NCBI GenBank assembly: GCA_963708135.1 | Contig: OY970192.1 | Location: forward strand, 3,488,001 to 3,552,000 | Reading direction: 5' to 3' | Length of the DNA: 64,000 bases | DNA from: an uncultured Gemmatimonadales bacterium | GTDB lineage: Bacteria; Gemmatimonadota; Gemmatimonadetes; Longimicrobiales; RSA9 | Shown here: positions 12,356-21,569 of the stretch, in pieces | How positions within the stretch are numbered: position 1 is the first letter of the stretch | Layout of the letters: each line of letters opens with the position of its first letter | The notes under the pieces: model-generated | What the model saw: only the letters and a program-made list of their open reading frames with translations | Told to the model about the DNA's origin: nothing | Database searches by the model: none | Translations under genes and position numbers: made by a program

Positions 12356-13182
12356 GGCTCCGTGGGATTCGGGGAATCGCTGGCCGTGCCGGGCGCGGGC
12401 GGGGCAACGCCCGTGCCGCCGGCGGCAGCCTCCGCCAACAGATCCGCCAGCGGCCGGAAGCGGTAGCCCGCGTCGGCGGCATCCGAGAGGATGCCCGGAA
12501 GCGCGTGCGCCGTCTGCATGCGGTCGCCATCCGGATCGTAGCCGTCCCCGTCGTGCAGCAGGATGATGGCCCCGGGCCGCAGCCGCCGGCGCACGCGCGC
12601 CCGGATCGCCTCGACGCCGGGCCGCGCCGTGTCCCAGACGCCGAAGCTCCAGCCGATCGTGCGGTAGGCGAGCCGTCGCGTCTCCCTGGCGACGAAGGGG
12701 TTCCGGAAGCCGTGCGGCGCCCGGAACATTCGCGGCTCACGCCCCGTCGCGGCCGCGATCGCGCGGTGCGCCGATTCCAGCTCCCGGCGGATGCGGCCGG
12801 GGCCGTGTACGTGCAGCTTCACGTGCGAGAAGGTGTGGTTGCCCGCCGCATGGCCCGCCTCCGCGACGGCGCGCGCGAGCGCAGGCCGCAGCTCCACGTG
12901 GCGACCCACCATGAAGAACGCGGCGCTCACGCCCGCGGCGGCCAGGGTGTCGAGGATCGCCGGCGTGGCGCGCGCGTCGGGACCATCGTCGAAGGTGAGG
13001 TAGAGAACGGGTGCATCGGCCGCGCCGCGCCCGACTACGGGGCCGAAGAGGGCGGAGTTCTGGCGGTAGGCGCCCCAGGCGCCGGCGGCGCCGAGCGCGG
13101 CGAGTCCCGCACCCGCGGCCCCTCCGATCAGGAGAGCACCCGCTCGTAGACGCCGAGTACCTGCCGGGCCACCAGCGGCCAT
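12352..13182 (-). CDS. Polysaccharide deacetylase (NodB/CE4); start uncertain
   Basis: LTFDDGP, NHTFSH, FRAPHG, ILLHDG; N-terminal hydrophobic anchor. Confidence 0.9.
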   Translation of the reverse strand: MAAGGPAGTRRLRAGALLIGGAAGAGLAALGAAGAWGAYRQNSALFGPVVGRGAADAPVLYLTFDDGPDARATPAILDTLAAAGVSAAFFMVGRHVELRPALARAVAEAGHAAGNHTFSHVKLHVHGPGRIRRELESAHRAIAAATGREPRMFRAPHGFRNPFVARETRRLAYRTIGWSFGVWDTARPGVEAIRARVRRRLRPGAIILLHDGDGYDPDGDRMQTAHALPGILSDAADAGYRFRPLADLLAEAAAGGTGVAPPAPGTASDSPNPTEP

Positions 13183-14237
13183 GCGTAGGTCGCCGCCTTG
13201 GCGAGCCCCGCGGCGCCCATGAACTCGCGCAGCGCGGGATCGCCGACCAGCCGGTTCACGCCGGCGGCCCAGGCTTCCGGGTCGCCGGGCGGCACCAGCA
13301 GCGCCTCGCCCCCGCCGTCCACCAGCTCGCGGAATCCCGTGATGTCCGAGACGAGCATCGGCGTGCCGCACGCCATGGCCTCGAGCAGCGTGATGCCGAA
13401 GGAGGCACGCTGGGTCGGGCAGACGTACAGGTCGGAGCGGGCATAGTACTCCGCCCGCTCCTCGTAGATGCGCCCCACGAATCGCACGGCCCGCTCGAGC
13501 GCGCGCGCCTTGCGCTCGTAGTGGCGACGCAGCGGGCCGTCTCCGACCACGAGCAGCTCCGCCTTCGGGTGCGCCTGCAGGATGCGTGGCATGGCATCCA
13601 GCATCGTCTCCAGCCCGTTGCGCGGATCGAGCCGGCCCAGGAAGAGGAGGTGCGGCCCGCGCCGCAACGCGTCCTCCGGCCGCCGCCCGTTCGGGTGGAA
13701 GTAGTTCACGTCCACGCCGTTCGGGATCACGTCGAAATCGGAGCGGAAGTAGCGCGTCAGTGCGTCCACGACCGGCTGACTCACGGCGATCCGTGCCGAG
13801 AAGCCATCCATCTCCCGCTGCCCCAGCCGCCGCAGCGCGCGGTACGTCATGGAGCGGGGGAACCAGGAGTGAAACGTGCCGACCACCGGGATCCCCGCCC
13901 GGCGCCCAGCCCGCGGCGCCAGCAGGCACATCGTCGGCACCAGTCCGCCGTGGGCGTGCACCACGTCGATCCGCTCGTCGCGGAACAGCGCCTCGAGCCG
14001 GGCGACGAGGTGCCGGCCGACCGTCAGGCGCGCGAACGAGCCGTTGGCATAGACCACCCGGCTCGTCCCCAGCCGCCGGACGTGGGGATCATCGTCCGGC
14101 GGGGGGCCGGAAACCCTGGACGTGACGATCAGCGCCTCATGCCCCAGCGCCCGCAGCTGGGCCGCCAGGTTGTGCACGTGCTCCGTGACGCCACCCAGAT
14201 GCGGGTAGTAGAACTCGCTGACCAGCGCGATGCGCAT
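13128..14237 (-). CDS. Glycosyltransferase family 4 (PimA-like)
   Basis: GGVTEHV, IPNGVD, LFLGRLDPRNG, SFGITLLEAMACG. Confidence 0.92.
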   Translation of the reverse strand: MRIALVSEFYYPHLGGVTEHVHNLAAQLRALGHEALIVTSRVSGPPPDDDPHVRRLGTSRVVYANGSFARLTVGRHLVARLEALFRDERIDVVHAHGGLVPTMCLLAPRAGRRAGIPVVGTFHSWFPRSMTYRALRRLGQREMDGFSARIAVSQPVVDALTRYFRSDFDVIPNGVDVNYFHPNGRRPEDALRRGPHLLFLGRLDPRNGLETMLDAMPRILQAHPKAELLVVGDGPLRRHYERKARALERAVRFVGRIYEERAEYYARSDLYVCPTQRASFGITLLEAMACGTPMLVSDITGFRELVDGGGEALLVPPGDPEAWAAGVNRLVGDPALREFMGAAGLAKAATYAWPLVARQVLGVYERVLS

Positions 14238-14330
14238 GCGTGTGCCCCGGATGAGGGAGACCTCGCCGAAACGCCGGACGTAGTATCCTCGACGACGCCG
14301 TTTGGATCCCTACGCCCCGGCCGCGGGCGG

Positions 14331-14346
14331 CGGCCCGCGAGTTGCC
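14331..14346 (+). promoter_or_regulatory. Putative sigma54 -24/-12 promoter of the diadenylate cyclase gene
   Basis: CGGCCCG-CGAG-TTGCC (GG-N10-GC), about 40 bp upstream of the start. Confidence 0.55.
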
Positions 14347-14384
14347 ATGGTAGACGGGAGGAGACCCGAACCCGGGGGAGACGC

Positions 14385-15269
14385 GTGCTGGACCGGAATC
14401 GCGCGATCATCGACGGCGCCCTGGTCGTGGCGAGGGAAGCAGGGGCCGATGCCGTGCTCCTGGCCGGCGGGCTCCCCGAGGAGGTCCGCTACCTCGAGGA
14501 CAGGCTCGATCCGGGACGCCGCGTCATCGCGACGACCACGGCCCGCCGCAACGGCCACGCGGCGGACGGAGGCGAAGTCGTCGTGCTGCCGCAAGTCCGC
14601 CTGCGCCGTCGCGGACGCGCCAAGGTCGCGCTCATGGAAGGCCTCGCCGCCGGACTCCTGAACCCGGGCGAGTGCGTCGTCATCATCTCCGGCACCAGCG
14701 CCCACGGGCCGTGCGAACTGGACACGGTGGCCGTGGTCGACCTGGACCGCGACGAGAACGACGTCCTCGATGGCCAGGCGGGCGCACCGCTGTCGATCCT
14801 GCGCGAACTCGGTGATCCCGCCGTCTTCGACACCCTGTTCGGGCTGTGCATCGAGCTCGGCAAGGAGGGCAAGGAGGGCAAGCCGGTCGGCCTCCTCGTC
14901 ACCCTCGGCGACCACGAGGCCGTGCTCGGCCGTTCGAGGCAACTGGTGCTGAACCCCTTCGCGGGCCACTCCGAGGAAGCCTGTTCCATCCTGAACCCGC
15001 TCGCCCGGGGCGCCGTGCGCGAGTTCTCCGGCATGGACGGCGCCTTCGTGGTTCGCAGCGATGGCACCATCCTGGCCGCCGGCCGCTACCTCGAGGACAC
15101 CTCCGCGGGAGAGCAGCAGATCCCACCTGGCCTCGGCGCTCGCCACCGCGCCGGTGCCGGAATCACGGCCACGACGCGCTGCATCTCGTTCGTCGTCTCC
15201 GAGTCCACCGGCGACACCCGGATCTTCGGCGGCGGCCGGATCCTCATGACCGTCGAACGCACCGATTGA
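14385..15269 (+). CDS. Diadenylate cyclase (DisA_N/DAC domain), CdaZ/DacZ-like architecture
   Basis: DGA (MDGAFV), GLGARHRA and VSESTG motifs, EGKEGKPVG; soluble N-terminal domain; GTG start after GGGGAG. Confidence 0.85.
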   Translation: MLDRNRAIIDGALVVAREAGADAVLLAGGLPEEVRYLEDRLDPGRRVIATTTARRNGHAADGGEVVVLPQVRLRRRGRAKVALMEGLAAGLLNPGECVVIISGTSAHGPCELDTVAVVDLDRDENDVLDGQAGAPLSILRELGDPAVFDTLFGLCIELGKEGKEGKPVGLLVTLGDHEAVLGRSRQLVLNPFAGHSEEACSILNPLARGAVREFSGMDGAFVVRSDGTILAAGRYLEDTSAGEQQIPPGLGARHRAGAGITATTRCISFVVSESTGDTRIFGGGRILMTVERTD

Positions 15270-15425
15270 CGACGGCTGCGCCCGCCCCCATTCTCCCCGG
15301 GCATGCGCGCCCGAGGAGCCCTGGATGGCCGCGATGGAGCGGCCGCGGCGCGCGCGGACAACGGGTCCCCGGCTGTCGCGAGCGCCTGCGCTCGGACCGG
15401 CGGCGAGGAGCAAAGCGAGGAGCGA

Positions 15426-16262
15426 ATGCAGGTCTACCTGAACGGTGAATTCCTGCCGTACGAGGAGGCGAAGGTCCCGGTGGATGACCGGGGCTTCCTC
15501 TTCGCCGACGGCGTTTACGAGGTCGCGCGCGTCTACCGCGGCCGCGTCTTCATGATGGAGGCGCACCTCCGGCGCATGGCCGCCGGGCTGGCCGCCCTGC
15601 GCATCGCGCTGCCCGGCCTCGATGAGCTCGCCGGCGTGGCCGAGCGGCTGCTCGATGAGAACGCCCTGCGCGGCGGCGACGCCACCATCTACATCCAGGT
15701 CACGCGCGGCGCCGCGCCGCGGAAGCACGCGTTCCCGCCGGATGCCACGCCGACCGTCTTCGTGGCCGCCCGGCCGTTCAGCGAGCACCCGCCCGCGTAC
15801 TTCAGCGACGGCGTGGCCGCGATCACGGTGCCCGACACGCGCTGGAGCCGCTGCGACATCAAGTCCGTCGCCCTGCTCCCCAACGTCCTGGCCAACCAGC
15901 AGGCGCACGAGCGGGGCGCGTTCGAGGCCCTCTTCGTTCGCGACGGCGTCGTCATCGAGGGCTCCCACTCGAACCTCTTCGGCGTGCTGGACGGCGAGCT
16001 GCTCACCTTTCCCGCCTGCAACTACATCCTGGACGGCATCAGCCGGCGCCTCGTGCTCGAGCTGGCCGCCGGGCTCGACGTCCCCGCCCGCGAGGGGCCG
16101 ATCTACTTCGAGCGCCTCGCCGACGCGAGCGAGCTGTTCCTCTCCGGAACGACCACGGAGGTCATGCCGGTCACCCGCGTTGACGACCGCGCCGTCGGCG
16201 GCGGCACGCCCGGGCCGATCACGCGCAGGCTGATGGAGGCGTTCGCGGCCAGGATCCGCTGA
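15426..16262 (+). CDS. Class IV aminotransferase (D-amino-acid aminotransferase-like)
   Basis: DRGFLFADGVYEV, RCDIKS, EGSHSN, ILDGISR. Confidence 0.9.
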   Translation: MQVYLNGEFLPYEEAKVPVDDRGFLFADGVYEVARVYRGRVFMMEAHLRRMAAGLAALRIALPGLDELAGVAERLLDENALRGGDATIYIQVTRGAAPRKHAFPPDATPTVFVAARPFSEHPPAYFSDGVAAITVPDTRWSRCDIKSVALLPNVLANQQAHERGAFEALFVRDGVVIEGSHSNLFGVLDGELLTFPACNYILDGISRRLVLELAAGLDVPAREGPIYFERLADASELFLSGTTTEVMPVTRVDDRAVGGGTPGPITRRLMEAFAARIR

Positions 16263-16383
16263 CGGCTCCCGGCCGCCGGCCCGGCATGGCCGCGGCGCCA
16301 TCCTCCTGTCCGCCACCTCGACCCCGCTGGCGAGTGCCGTCCCGGCGACGATTCCGCGGCCCCGGGCGCAGCGCCTGTCCCGC

Positions 16384-17502
16384 TCAGGCGGTCTCGACCG
16401 TCACGGCCCGCTGCTCGTCCGCCACGTCCTCGACGTACAGCTCCCGCACGATCACGTAGAGCGCCGCCAGCACCGGCACGCCCAGGAGCAGCCCCATGAA
16501 GCCGAACAGCACCGCCATGAGCGCCTGAAACGTCACGGTCAGCGCCGGCGGGAGCTTGACGGCTTCGCGCATGACGAGCGGGTGGATCACGTGGGCCTCC
16601 ACCTGCTGGATGCCCGTGTGCAGCAGCAGCACCCACACCAGCTTGGCCGGCGAGATGATCAACGCCACCAGCCCGGCCGGAACCGCGCTCAGCACCGGGC
16701 CCCAGATCGGGATGAACTCCAGCAGCCCCGTGATCACCGCCAGCGCGAGCGCCGCCGGCACCCCGATCACCCACAGCCCGATCCCCTCCATCGTGCCCAC
16801 GATCAGCATCGCCGTGGCCGCCCCCAGCATCCAGTGCCGCAGCGTGACCCCGGCCGACTGCAGAGCGTGCTCCGTCCGTGGCCGCACGTGCGCGGGCACC
16901 AGTCGCAGTACGCCTCGCATGTAGGCTCCCGGCTCCACGGCCATGTAGAGGCCCGAGGCCACCACGATCAGCAGCCCGAACACCCCCCCGATCACCGTGT
17001 TCAGCAGCGGCAGCGCCCCCGAAAGGAGGTTCGCCGCCTCCGTGTTCAGGCGCAGCCGGAGCTGCGCGGCCATCTGCGGGTTGGGCGTGCCGAACGTCCC
17101 CGTCAGCCGGTCGTACTCCTCCTGCAGCCACCCGCTCACCGCGTCGACGGACTTCGGAAGCGTGCTCCGCAGCTGCCCGATCTGCTCCGAGAGACTCGGC
17201 CACGCCAGGTAGAAGAGGCCCACCAGCACGCCCACGAACGCCAGCAGCACCAGCGGCGCCGCCACACCTCTGGGAAGCAGCAACCGGTCATGCAGGAAAT
17301 CCACGAAGATCGACAGGAACGACGCCACCAGCACCCCGAAGAACGCCACGAACACCACCTCGCGGCCCAGCCAGAGCGCGTTCGCGACCGCCCACAGCAG
17401 AATCGCGACGAGCACCAGGCGCGCCACGAAGCCCACCGTCCAGCCCGGCCGACCCGGCTCCGCCCGCTCCGTTCGCGTGTCCTCCGCTCGCTCGCTCCTC
17501 AC
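16384..17502 (-). CDS. AI-2E family transporter
   Basis: Multi-TM protein with LEFIPIWGP, QQVEAHVIHP, GLLLGVP; GTG start after GGAGAGGAG. Confidence 0.88.
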   Translation of the reverse strand: MRSERAEDTRTERAEPGRPGWTVGFVARLVLVAILLWAVANALWLGREVVFVAFFGVLVASFLSIFVDFLHDRLLLPRGVAAPLVLLAFVGVLVGLFYLAWPSLSEQIGQLRSTLPKSVDAVSGWLQEEYDRLTGTFGTPNPQMAAQLRLRLNTEAANLLSGALPLLNTVIGGVFGLLIVVASGLYMAVEPGAYMRGVLRLVPAHVRPRTEHALQSAGVTLRHWMLGAATAMLIVGTMEGIGLWVIGVPAALALAVITGLLEFIPIWGPVLSAVPAGLVALIISPAKLVWVLLLHTGIQQVEAHVIHPLVMREAVKLPPALTVTFQALMAVLFGFMGLLLGVPVLAALYVIVRELYVEDVADEQRAVTVETA

Positions 17503-17535
17503 CGACGCTCCTCTCCCCCCGCCGCCACCCCCGGG

Positions 17536-17551
17536 CGCACGGGCCATGCCA
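17536..17551 (-). promoter_or_regulatory. Putative sigma54 promoter of the AI-2E transporter
   Basis: TGGCATG-GCCC-GTGCG. Confidence 0.55.
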
Positions 17552-17730
17552 CCCGACCGGCCCGCCACGCCATGGCGCCGCCCCGCGTCCCGGCCCATCT
17601 TGGCGCCAGCGGCCGTCGGAGTCCGACGGCCCCCGGGATAGATACCCGAAGGGATACCGAACCTGGCGCTCGCCAGGGGGTAGATGACCCGGACCAGGAC
17701 CGCTCCCCAAGCCATGGAAAGGCGGAAAGA

Positions 17731-18168
17731 ATGGCGCGTTCGCTCAACAAGGTGATGCTGATCGGGAACGTCGGCGCGGAGCCGGAGGTGCGCTCCACGC
17801 CGTCGGGCACGCGCGTGGCCAAGCTCTCGCTCGCCACGAACCGGAGCTTCAGCGATCGGAGCGGCCAGCAGCAGGAGAAGACGGAGTGGCACCGCCTCAC
17901 GTTCTGGGACCGGCTCGCGGAGCTCGTGGAGCAGTACGTCCACAAGGGGGACCGTCTGTACGTCGAGGGCCGGATCGAGTACTCGCAGACGGAGGACGAG
18001 AAGGGCAACGTCCGCTACTGGACCGACGTGGTTGTGCGCGAGATGGTCATGCTCGGCCAGGGCGGACCGGGTGGAGGCGGGACGGATGAGAGCCCGGCGC
18101 CGCGTCGCCGGAGCGCGCCGGCCGCGTCCTCGACGCCGTTCGAGCAGGACGACGACCTGCCGTTCTAG
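17731..18168 (+). CDS. ssb: Single-stranded DNA-binding protein
   Basis: SLNKVMLIGN, TEWHR, LYVEGRI, C-terminal DDDLPF. Confidence 0.97.
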   Translation: MARSLNKVMLIGNVGAEPEVRSTPSGTRVAKLSLATNRSFSDRSGQQQEKTEWHRLTFWDRLAELVEQYVHKGDRLYVEGRIEYSQTEDEKGNVRYWTDVVVREMVMLGQGGPGGGGTDESPAPRRRSAPAASSTPFEQDDDLPF

Positions 18169-18209
18169 TGGTCCACAAGGCCACTCGGCCCCGGCGCGGC
18201 GCTACGGGC

Positions 18210-18665
18210 TCAGCCGGCGGCCCGGCGACGGAGGCGCTCGCCGAGGCCGTCGCGGACGGCGCCGGAGAGGGAGCGGGCGAGGGGGCCGAGCGGATCGGGA
18301 TCGCGCCGGGCGGCGAGGTGGCGCCGGCGGTTGCGACGCCAGGCGCGCCGGGCCCGGCGCTCGTCGGCGTCGCGGAGCTCGAGATCGTCCTCGTCGCCGT
18401 GCCGTCCGGCCGTGAGCAGGCCGAGGACCAGCCCCGCGGCGAGTCCGATTCCGACCGCGACCCATGGCCGGTCGCGGACCCGCGCCCGGATCGGCCGCAG
18501 GATGTTCGCCCGCTCCTTCAGCTCCTGCTTCTTGGCGTCGAGCCGGTGTTCCAGGGCGTCCAGGGTGTCGGAGATCCGGGTGCGGGTCGCCTCGACCGCC
18601 CGCCGCGCCTCCTCTACCGAGCCGGGCCGGGCGGCGGCGTCCTCCACGGTCGATTCCTCGCTCAT
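18210..18665 (-). CDS. DUF3618/ElaB-like membrane-anchored protein
   Basis: VEATRTRISDTLDALEHRL followed by RPWVAVGIGLAAGLVLGLL; RBS GGAGG. Confidence 0.75.
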   Translation of the reverse strand: MSEESTVEDAAARPGSVEEARRAVEATRTRISDTLDALEHRLDAKKQELKERANILRPIRARVRDRPWVAVGIGLAAGLVLGLLTAGRHGDEDDLELRDADERRARRAWRRNRRRHLAARRDPDPLGPLARSLSGAVRDGLGERLRRRAAG

Positions 18666-18702
18666 CGGCTTCCTCCCAGCGGGGTCTACGGCGGGCGTGT
18701 TC

Positions 18703-18718
18703 TGCACGTATCGTTCCT
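18703..18718 (-). promoter_or_regulatory. Putative sigma54 promoter of the DUF3618 gene
   Basis: AGGAACG-ATAC-GTGCA. Confidence 0.5.
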
Positions 18719-18804
18719 CCCCCCACGCGAAACCGGCCGGGCGCTGGAAGGCACCCGGCCGGTTGGGATTCTGGCGGCCGCGGCCCCGTGGCCCGGCCGG
18801 CCGC

Positions 18805-19062
18805 TCAGGGAAGCGCGCGGCGCAGCTTTGCCTGCTGGCGCTCCGGCGGCAGCAGGTCCTCCTGCAGCACCTCGAGCTCCTCGGGCGCGAACATGCGCAC
18901 CTCATCCTCGCCGTCCAGCACCACGCCGAGCTTCTCGACCTGGTACTCGCTCGCCTCGATCACCGAGCCGGACCGCCCCAGGAGGTCCGCCTCGATCGGC
19001 GCGGTGCCGCGCCGGACGCGCACTCGCGCCCCGGCCGGGATCCGCGGAATGTTGACCGTCAT
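18805..19062 (-). CDS. Small hypothetical protein, SH3/KOW-like beta pattern
   Basis: GARVRV..G.SGSVIE..GVVLDG..RMFAPEEL; RBS GAGGAAG. Confidence 0.65.
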   Translation of the reverse strand: MTVNIPRIPAGARVRVRRGTAPIEADLLGRSGSVIEASEYQVEKLGVVLDGEDEVRMFAPEELEVLQEDLLPPERQQAKLRRALP

Positions 19063-19274
19063 CCAGTTCTTCCTCGTTCGGGGCCAATCACCGGACAGTG
19101 GACCGTTTCCGAAGCTCGGTCGGCACCGAACGCCGTCGCATCTCCGGAGACGGTGCAGTAGGATGCCCCCTGCGGGCGAGGGCCGCAATCCCTTGCCCCT
19201 TCCCGGTCGGCTCCTATATTGCTGCCCCGTTCGTTGGGCACCGCGGAACCGGCCAACGCAGAGGAGTCGAAGAG

Positions 19275-19514
19275 ATGGCGGATGAACACGCCAGAGTGAA
19301 TCCCCTCGCCGTGGGCGCCGGCCTCACCGTCGGCGTGCTCTGGCTGGCCATGGCCACCTGGTGCCTCGTCACTTCCATCCAGGGTGGCCTCAATCATCGT
19401 CCGGACTGGGCGCTCGCCTGGGCGCTCGTGGGGGTGCTGCTCGGCGCCGCCGGCGGCGCCGCGATCGTCGGCACGCTCTGGCACCAGTACCGGGTCAAGC
19501 GACACCACGCCTGA
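19275..19514 (+). CDS. Small two-TM membrane protein
   Basis: RBS GAGGAG and two hydrophobic helices. Confidence 0.65.
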   Translation: MADEHARVNPLAVGAGLTVGVLWLAMATWCLVTSIQGGLNHRPDWALAWALVGVLLGAAGGAAIVGTLWHQYRVKRHHA

Positions 19515-19537
19515 GCCGGGCGGCGCCCGCCATGCGG

Positions 19538-19574
19538 AGAGGCGGCGGCGATCGAATCGATCGCCGCCGCCTCT
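19538..19574. terminator. Hairpin terminator between convergent genes
   Basis: 18-bp perfect inverted repeat AGAGGCGGCGGCGATCGA-A-TCGATCGCCGCCGCCTCT followed by TTCCTTT. Confidence 0.75.
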
Positions 19575-19597
19575 TTCCTTTCCGCTCCGCCCGCCGC

Positions 19598-19981
19598 TCA
19601 GTCTTCGCCGGAATCCTCGCCGCCCCCCTCCTCCTTCCAGAACCCCAGCATGTCGCGGTCGAAGTCCTCCGGCGCCTCCGCGTAGGCCGTCGACCATTCC
19701 TCGAAGGAAGGCAGGTCGATCCGCGCGCTCAGTGCCTCCGTCGCCCGCTGGACGAGCTGCCGGTACGACGCCACCCGGTCCTCATCGGTCCCGGCCGACC
19801 CGTTCGGCTCACCATCCGAGACGCCAACGCCCGCGCCCCCGGCTTCCGCCGCGATCGCCTCGTGCGCGAGCTCGTAGATCTCGTCCGGCGTCAGCTCGAG
19901 GAACTGGTCGGCAACCCGCGCCGAGCACCAATCGAGATATTTCGCCCGCAGAATTCTGCCAGCGGCGGGATCTGCGATCAT
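19598..19981 (-). CDS. Hypothetical protein (domain shared with 20909-21562)
   Basis: Protein-like composition; LPSFEEW..Y..P motif. Confidence 0.75.
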   Translation of the reverse strand: MIADPAAGRILRAKYLDWCSARVADQFLELTPDEIYELAHEAIAAEAGGAGVGVSDGEPNGSAGTDEDRVASYRQLVQRATEALSARIDLPSFEEWSTAYAEAPEDFDRDMLGFWKEEGGGEDSGED

Positions 19982-20126
19982 CGTTCCGGCTTGAGGTGAG
20001 GGGGCGCCGCCTGAGTGGCGGCCTCGAGATCGTACAGCCTTGCCCCTGCCTCAGAGCAGCTCCCGGCCATTCTCGGCCGGCCTGCAGACGAGACTACGTC
20101 GCCCCCGTCCGCTGCGTCAAGGTGGT

Positions 20127-20306
20127 CTACGGTTCGATGCGCCGCTCGGAACGAGCCAGGAGGTGGTCGTAGATGGTCCTGCGTGTCAAGGCATACAACA
20201 CAATCTTGCTGAGCATCTCCGGATCGCGCCGCTGTACCTCCTCCACCTCGGCCGCCACCGTCTTCGGCAAGCGGACCCGCAACTCCACGGCACACGTGTC
20301 CCACAT
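20127..20306 (-). CDS. Small hypothetical protein, ribbon-helix-helix-like
   Basis: 59 aa; ELRVRLP strand followed by two predicted helices. Confidence 0.6.
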   Translation of the reverse strand: MWDTCAVELRVRLPKTVAAEVEEVQRRDPEMLSKIVLYALTRRTIYDHLLARSERRIEP

Positions 20307-20478
20307 AGGATCAGCCTCGCGCATCCGAAAGAATATGTTAAATTGTGTGGTTGCGAACACCCCGAAAGGACCCGCACGCGCCCTTCGACGCTGTCCCCGA
20401 CCGGCGCCCACAAGATAGACGGAGGGCCGACACGCGTCAAGCCTTTCCGTAACCACCTGCCGCGCAAATCGTTACATG

Positions 20479-20500
20479 GATGTTGTTGCAATACAACATC
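20479..20500. promoter_or_regulatory. AT-rich palindrome, candidate operator
   Basis: GATGTTGT-TGCAAT-ACAACATC in a long divergent intergenic region. Confidence 0.5.
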
Positions 20501-20908
20501 TTATGGCGCAACCCGAAAGTCCACTCGTGCGCTTTGAGGCCGAGCCGTGACATCGGGGAGCGTCGCGCCACACGCCCGAAATCGTTGTCGGCACTACGCT
20601 TTCAGAACCCCTGGCCGGGCGGTGGAGGGGCGCCGCGCGCTCCCCGAAATTCGAGGTTTTTGCGGGGACGACCCGAAACCCGGTGCGGCTTGACCCGCGC
20701 TCCCGCCCCCGCTAGCGTGGGCGGGAGCGATCGTGGCCGGCGGACGGTGCCGTCGGGACCGCGAGCGCTCCGCCCGCGCGGTGCGATTCCGGCCGGCGCG
20801 AGGCGCGGCTCTGCTGTCTCACGGTCTTGCTTGGCGCCGATGCTCCCGACCCCGGATGAGGACGCCTTCCCCGCCGCGCCGGCGGGTCCGCCGCGACATG
20901 CTCACGGC

Positions 20909-21562
20909 ATGCGCGAGCGGCGCCGGTCGTTCTGCTTCCTGGAGCGGGAGGGGGAGCGATGGACCGCCTACCTTGCCACCTACATGGATGGCGACGGCGC
21001 GTGCCGCGGGTACTTCGCCTTCCGCCACGCCGGTCCGCCGTCGGAGGTCCGGACGGCGGTGCTCTTCGTGGAGTCGGACGAGTCGGAGGTGGACGCGCGG
21101 GCGCGCGGGCTGGGGCGGCCGCTGCTGCAGGCGCTGCTGGAGTCGGCGTTGCACGCGGCCGAGCGGCGGCGTGGGGTGTCTCCGGACATGCACCGCTGGT
21201 TCCGCGAGATCCTTCGCAGGCGGACGCCGGAGCCGTTTCCGCTGCCGGCGCCCGACCGCTCGGCGGTCACGCTGGCGCAGCTGCGATCGGTGTACGAGTC
21301 GTACCGGCTCGATCAGGTGGCGCACCTGGTGTGGCTGATCGAGCCGGAGACCTTCCGCTCGCTGGTGGAGCGCCTGCTCGACGGTCGCGAGATCGATTTC
21401 GTCGGCAGCGACCGACTCCAGCTCGCGATGCTGGTGGTGCAGGAGCTGGAGCACCATCTCGTTCTGCCGCCGTTCGAGCTCTGGGTGGAGGACTTCCTGG
21501 CGCACCCGGCGGCGTACCAGGCCTACACACACGCCCTGCACCGCGGGAAGGAGCTGCCCTAG
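20909..21562 (+). CDS. Hypothetical two-domain protein (start may be 20840)
   Basis: N-terminal beta-rich part; C-terminal domain similar to 19598-19981. Confidence 0.75.
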   Translation: MRERRRSFCFLEREGERWTAYLATYMDGDGACRGYFAFRHAGPPSEVRTAVLFVESDESEVDARARGLGRPLLQALLESALHAAERRRGVSPDMHRWFREILRRRTPEPFPLPAPDRSAVTLAQLRSVYESYRLDQVAHLVWLIEPETFRSLVERLLDGREIDFVGSDRLQLAMLVVQELEHHLVLPPFELWVEDFLAHPAAYQAYTHALHRGKELP

Positions 21563-21569
21563 CGCCGCC

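Noticed and set aside
8930..12466. 1178-aa plus-strand ORF and similar long ORFs (5582-7549, 25840-28638, 32673-35033, 51438-53525, 60157-62475)
   Set aside because: Antisense shadows of well-supported genes, expected in high-GC DNA, with no recognisable motifs
12352..14237. GT4 plus deacetylase as bacillithiol genes bshA/bshB
   Set aside because: The deacetylase is NodB/CE4 type, whereas BshB is PIG-L type; the GT lacks features I would expect of BshA
17635..17663. Short direct repeat GATACC(C)GAA upstream of ssb
   Set aside because: Only two imperfect copies and no similar motif noticed before recF or gyrB; too weak to call an operator
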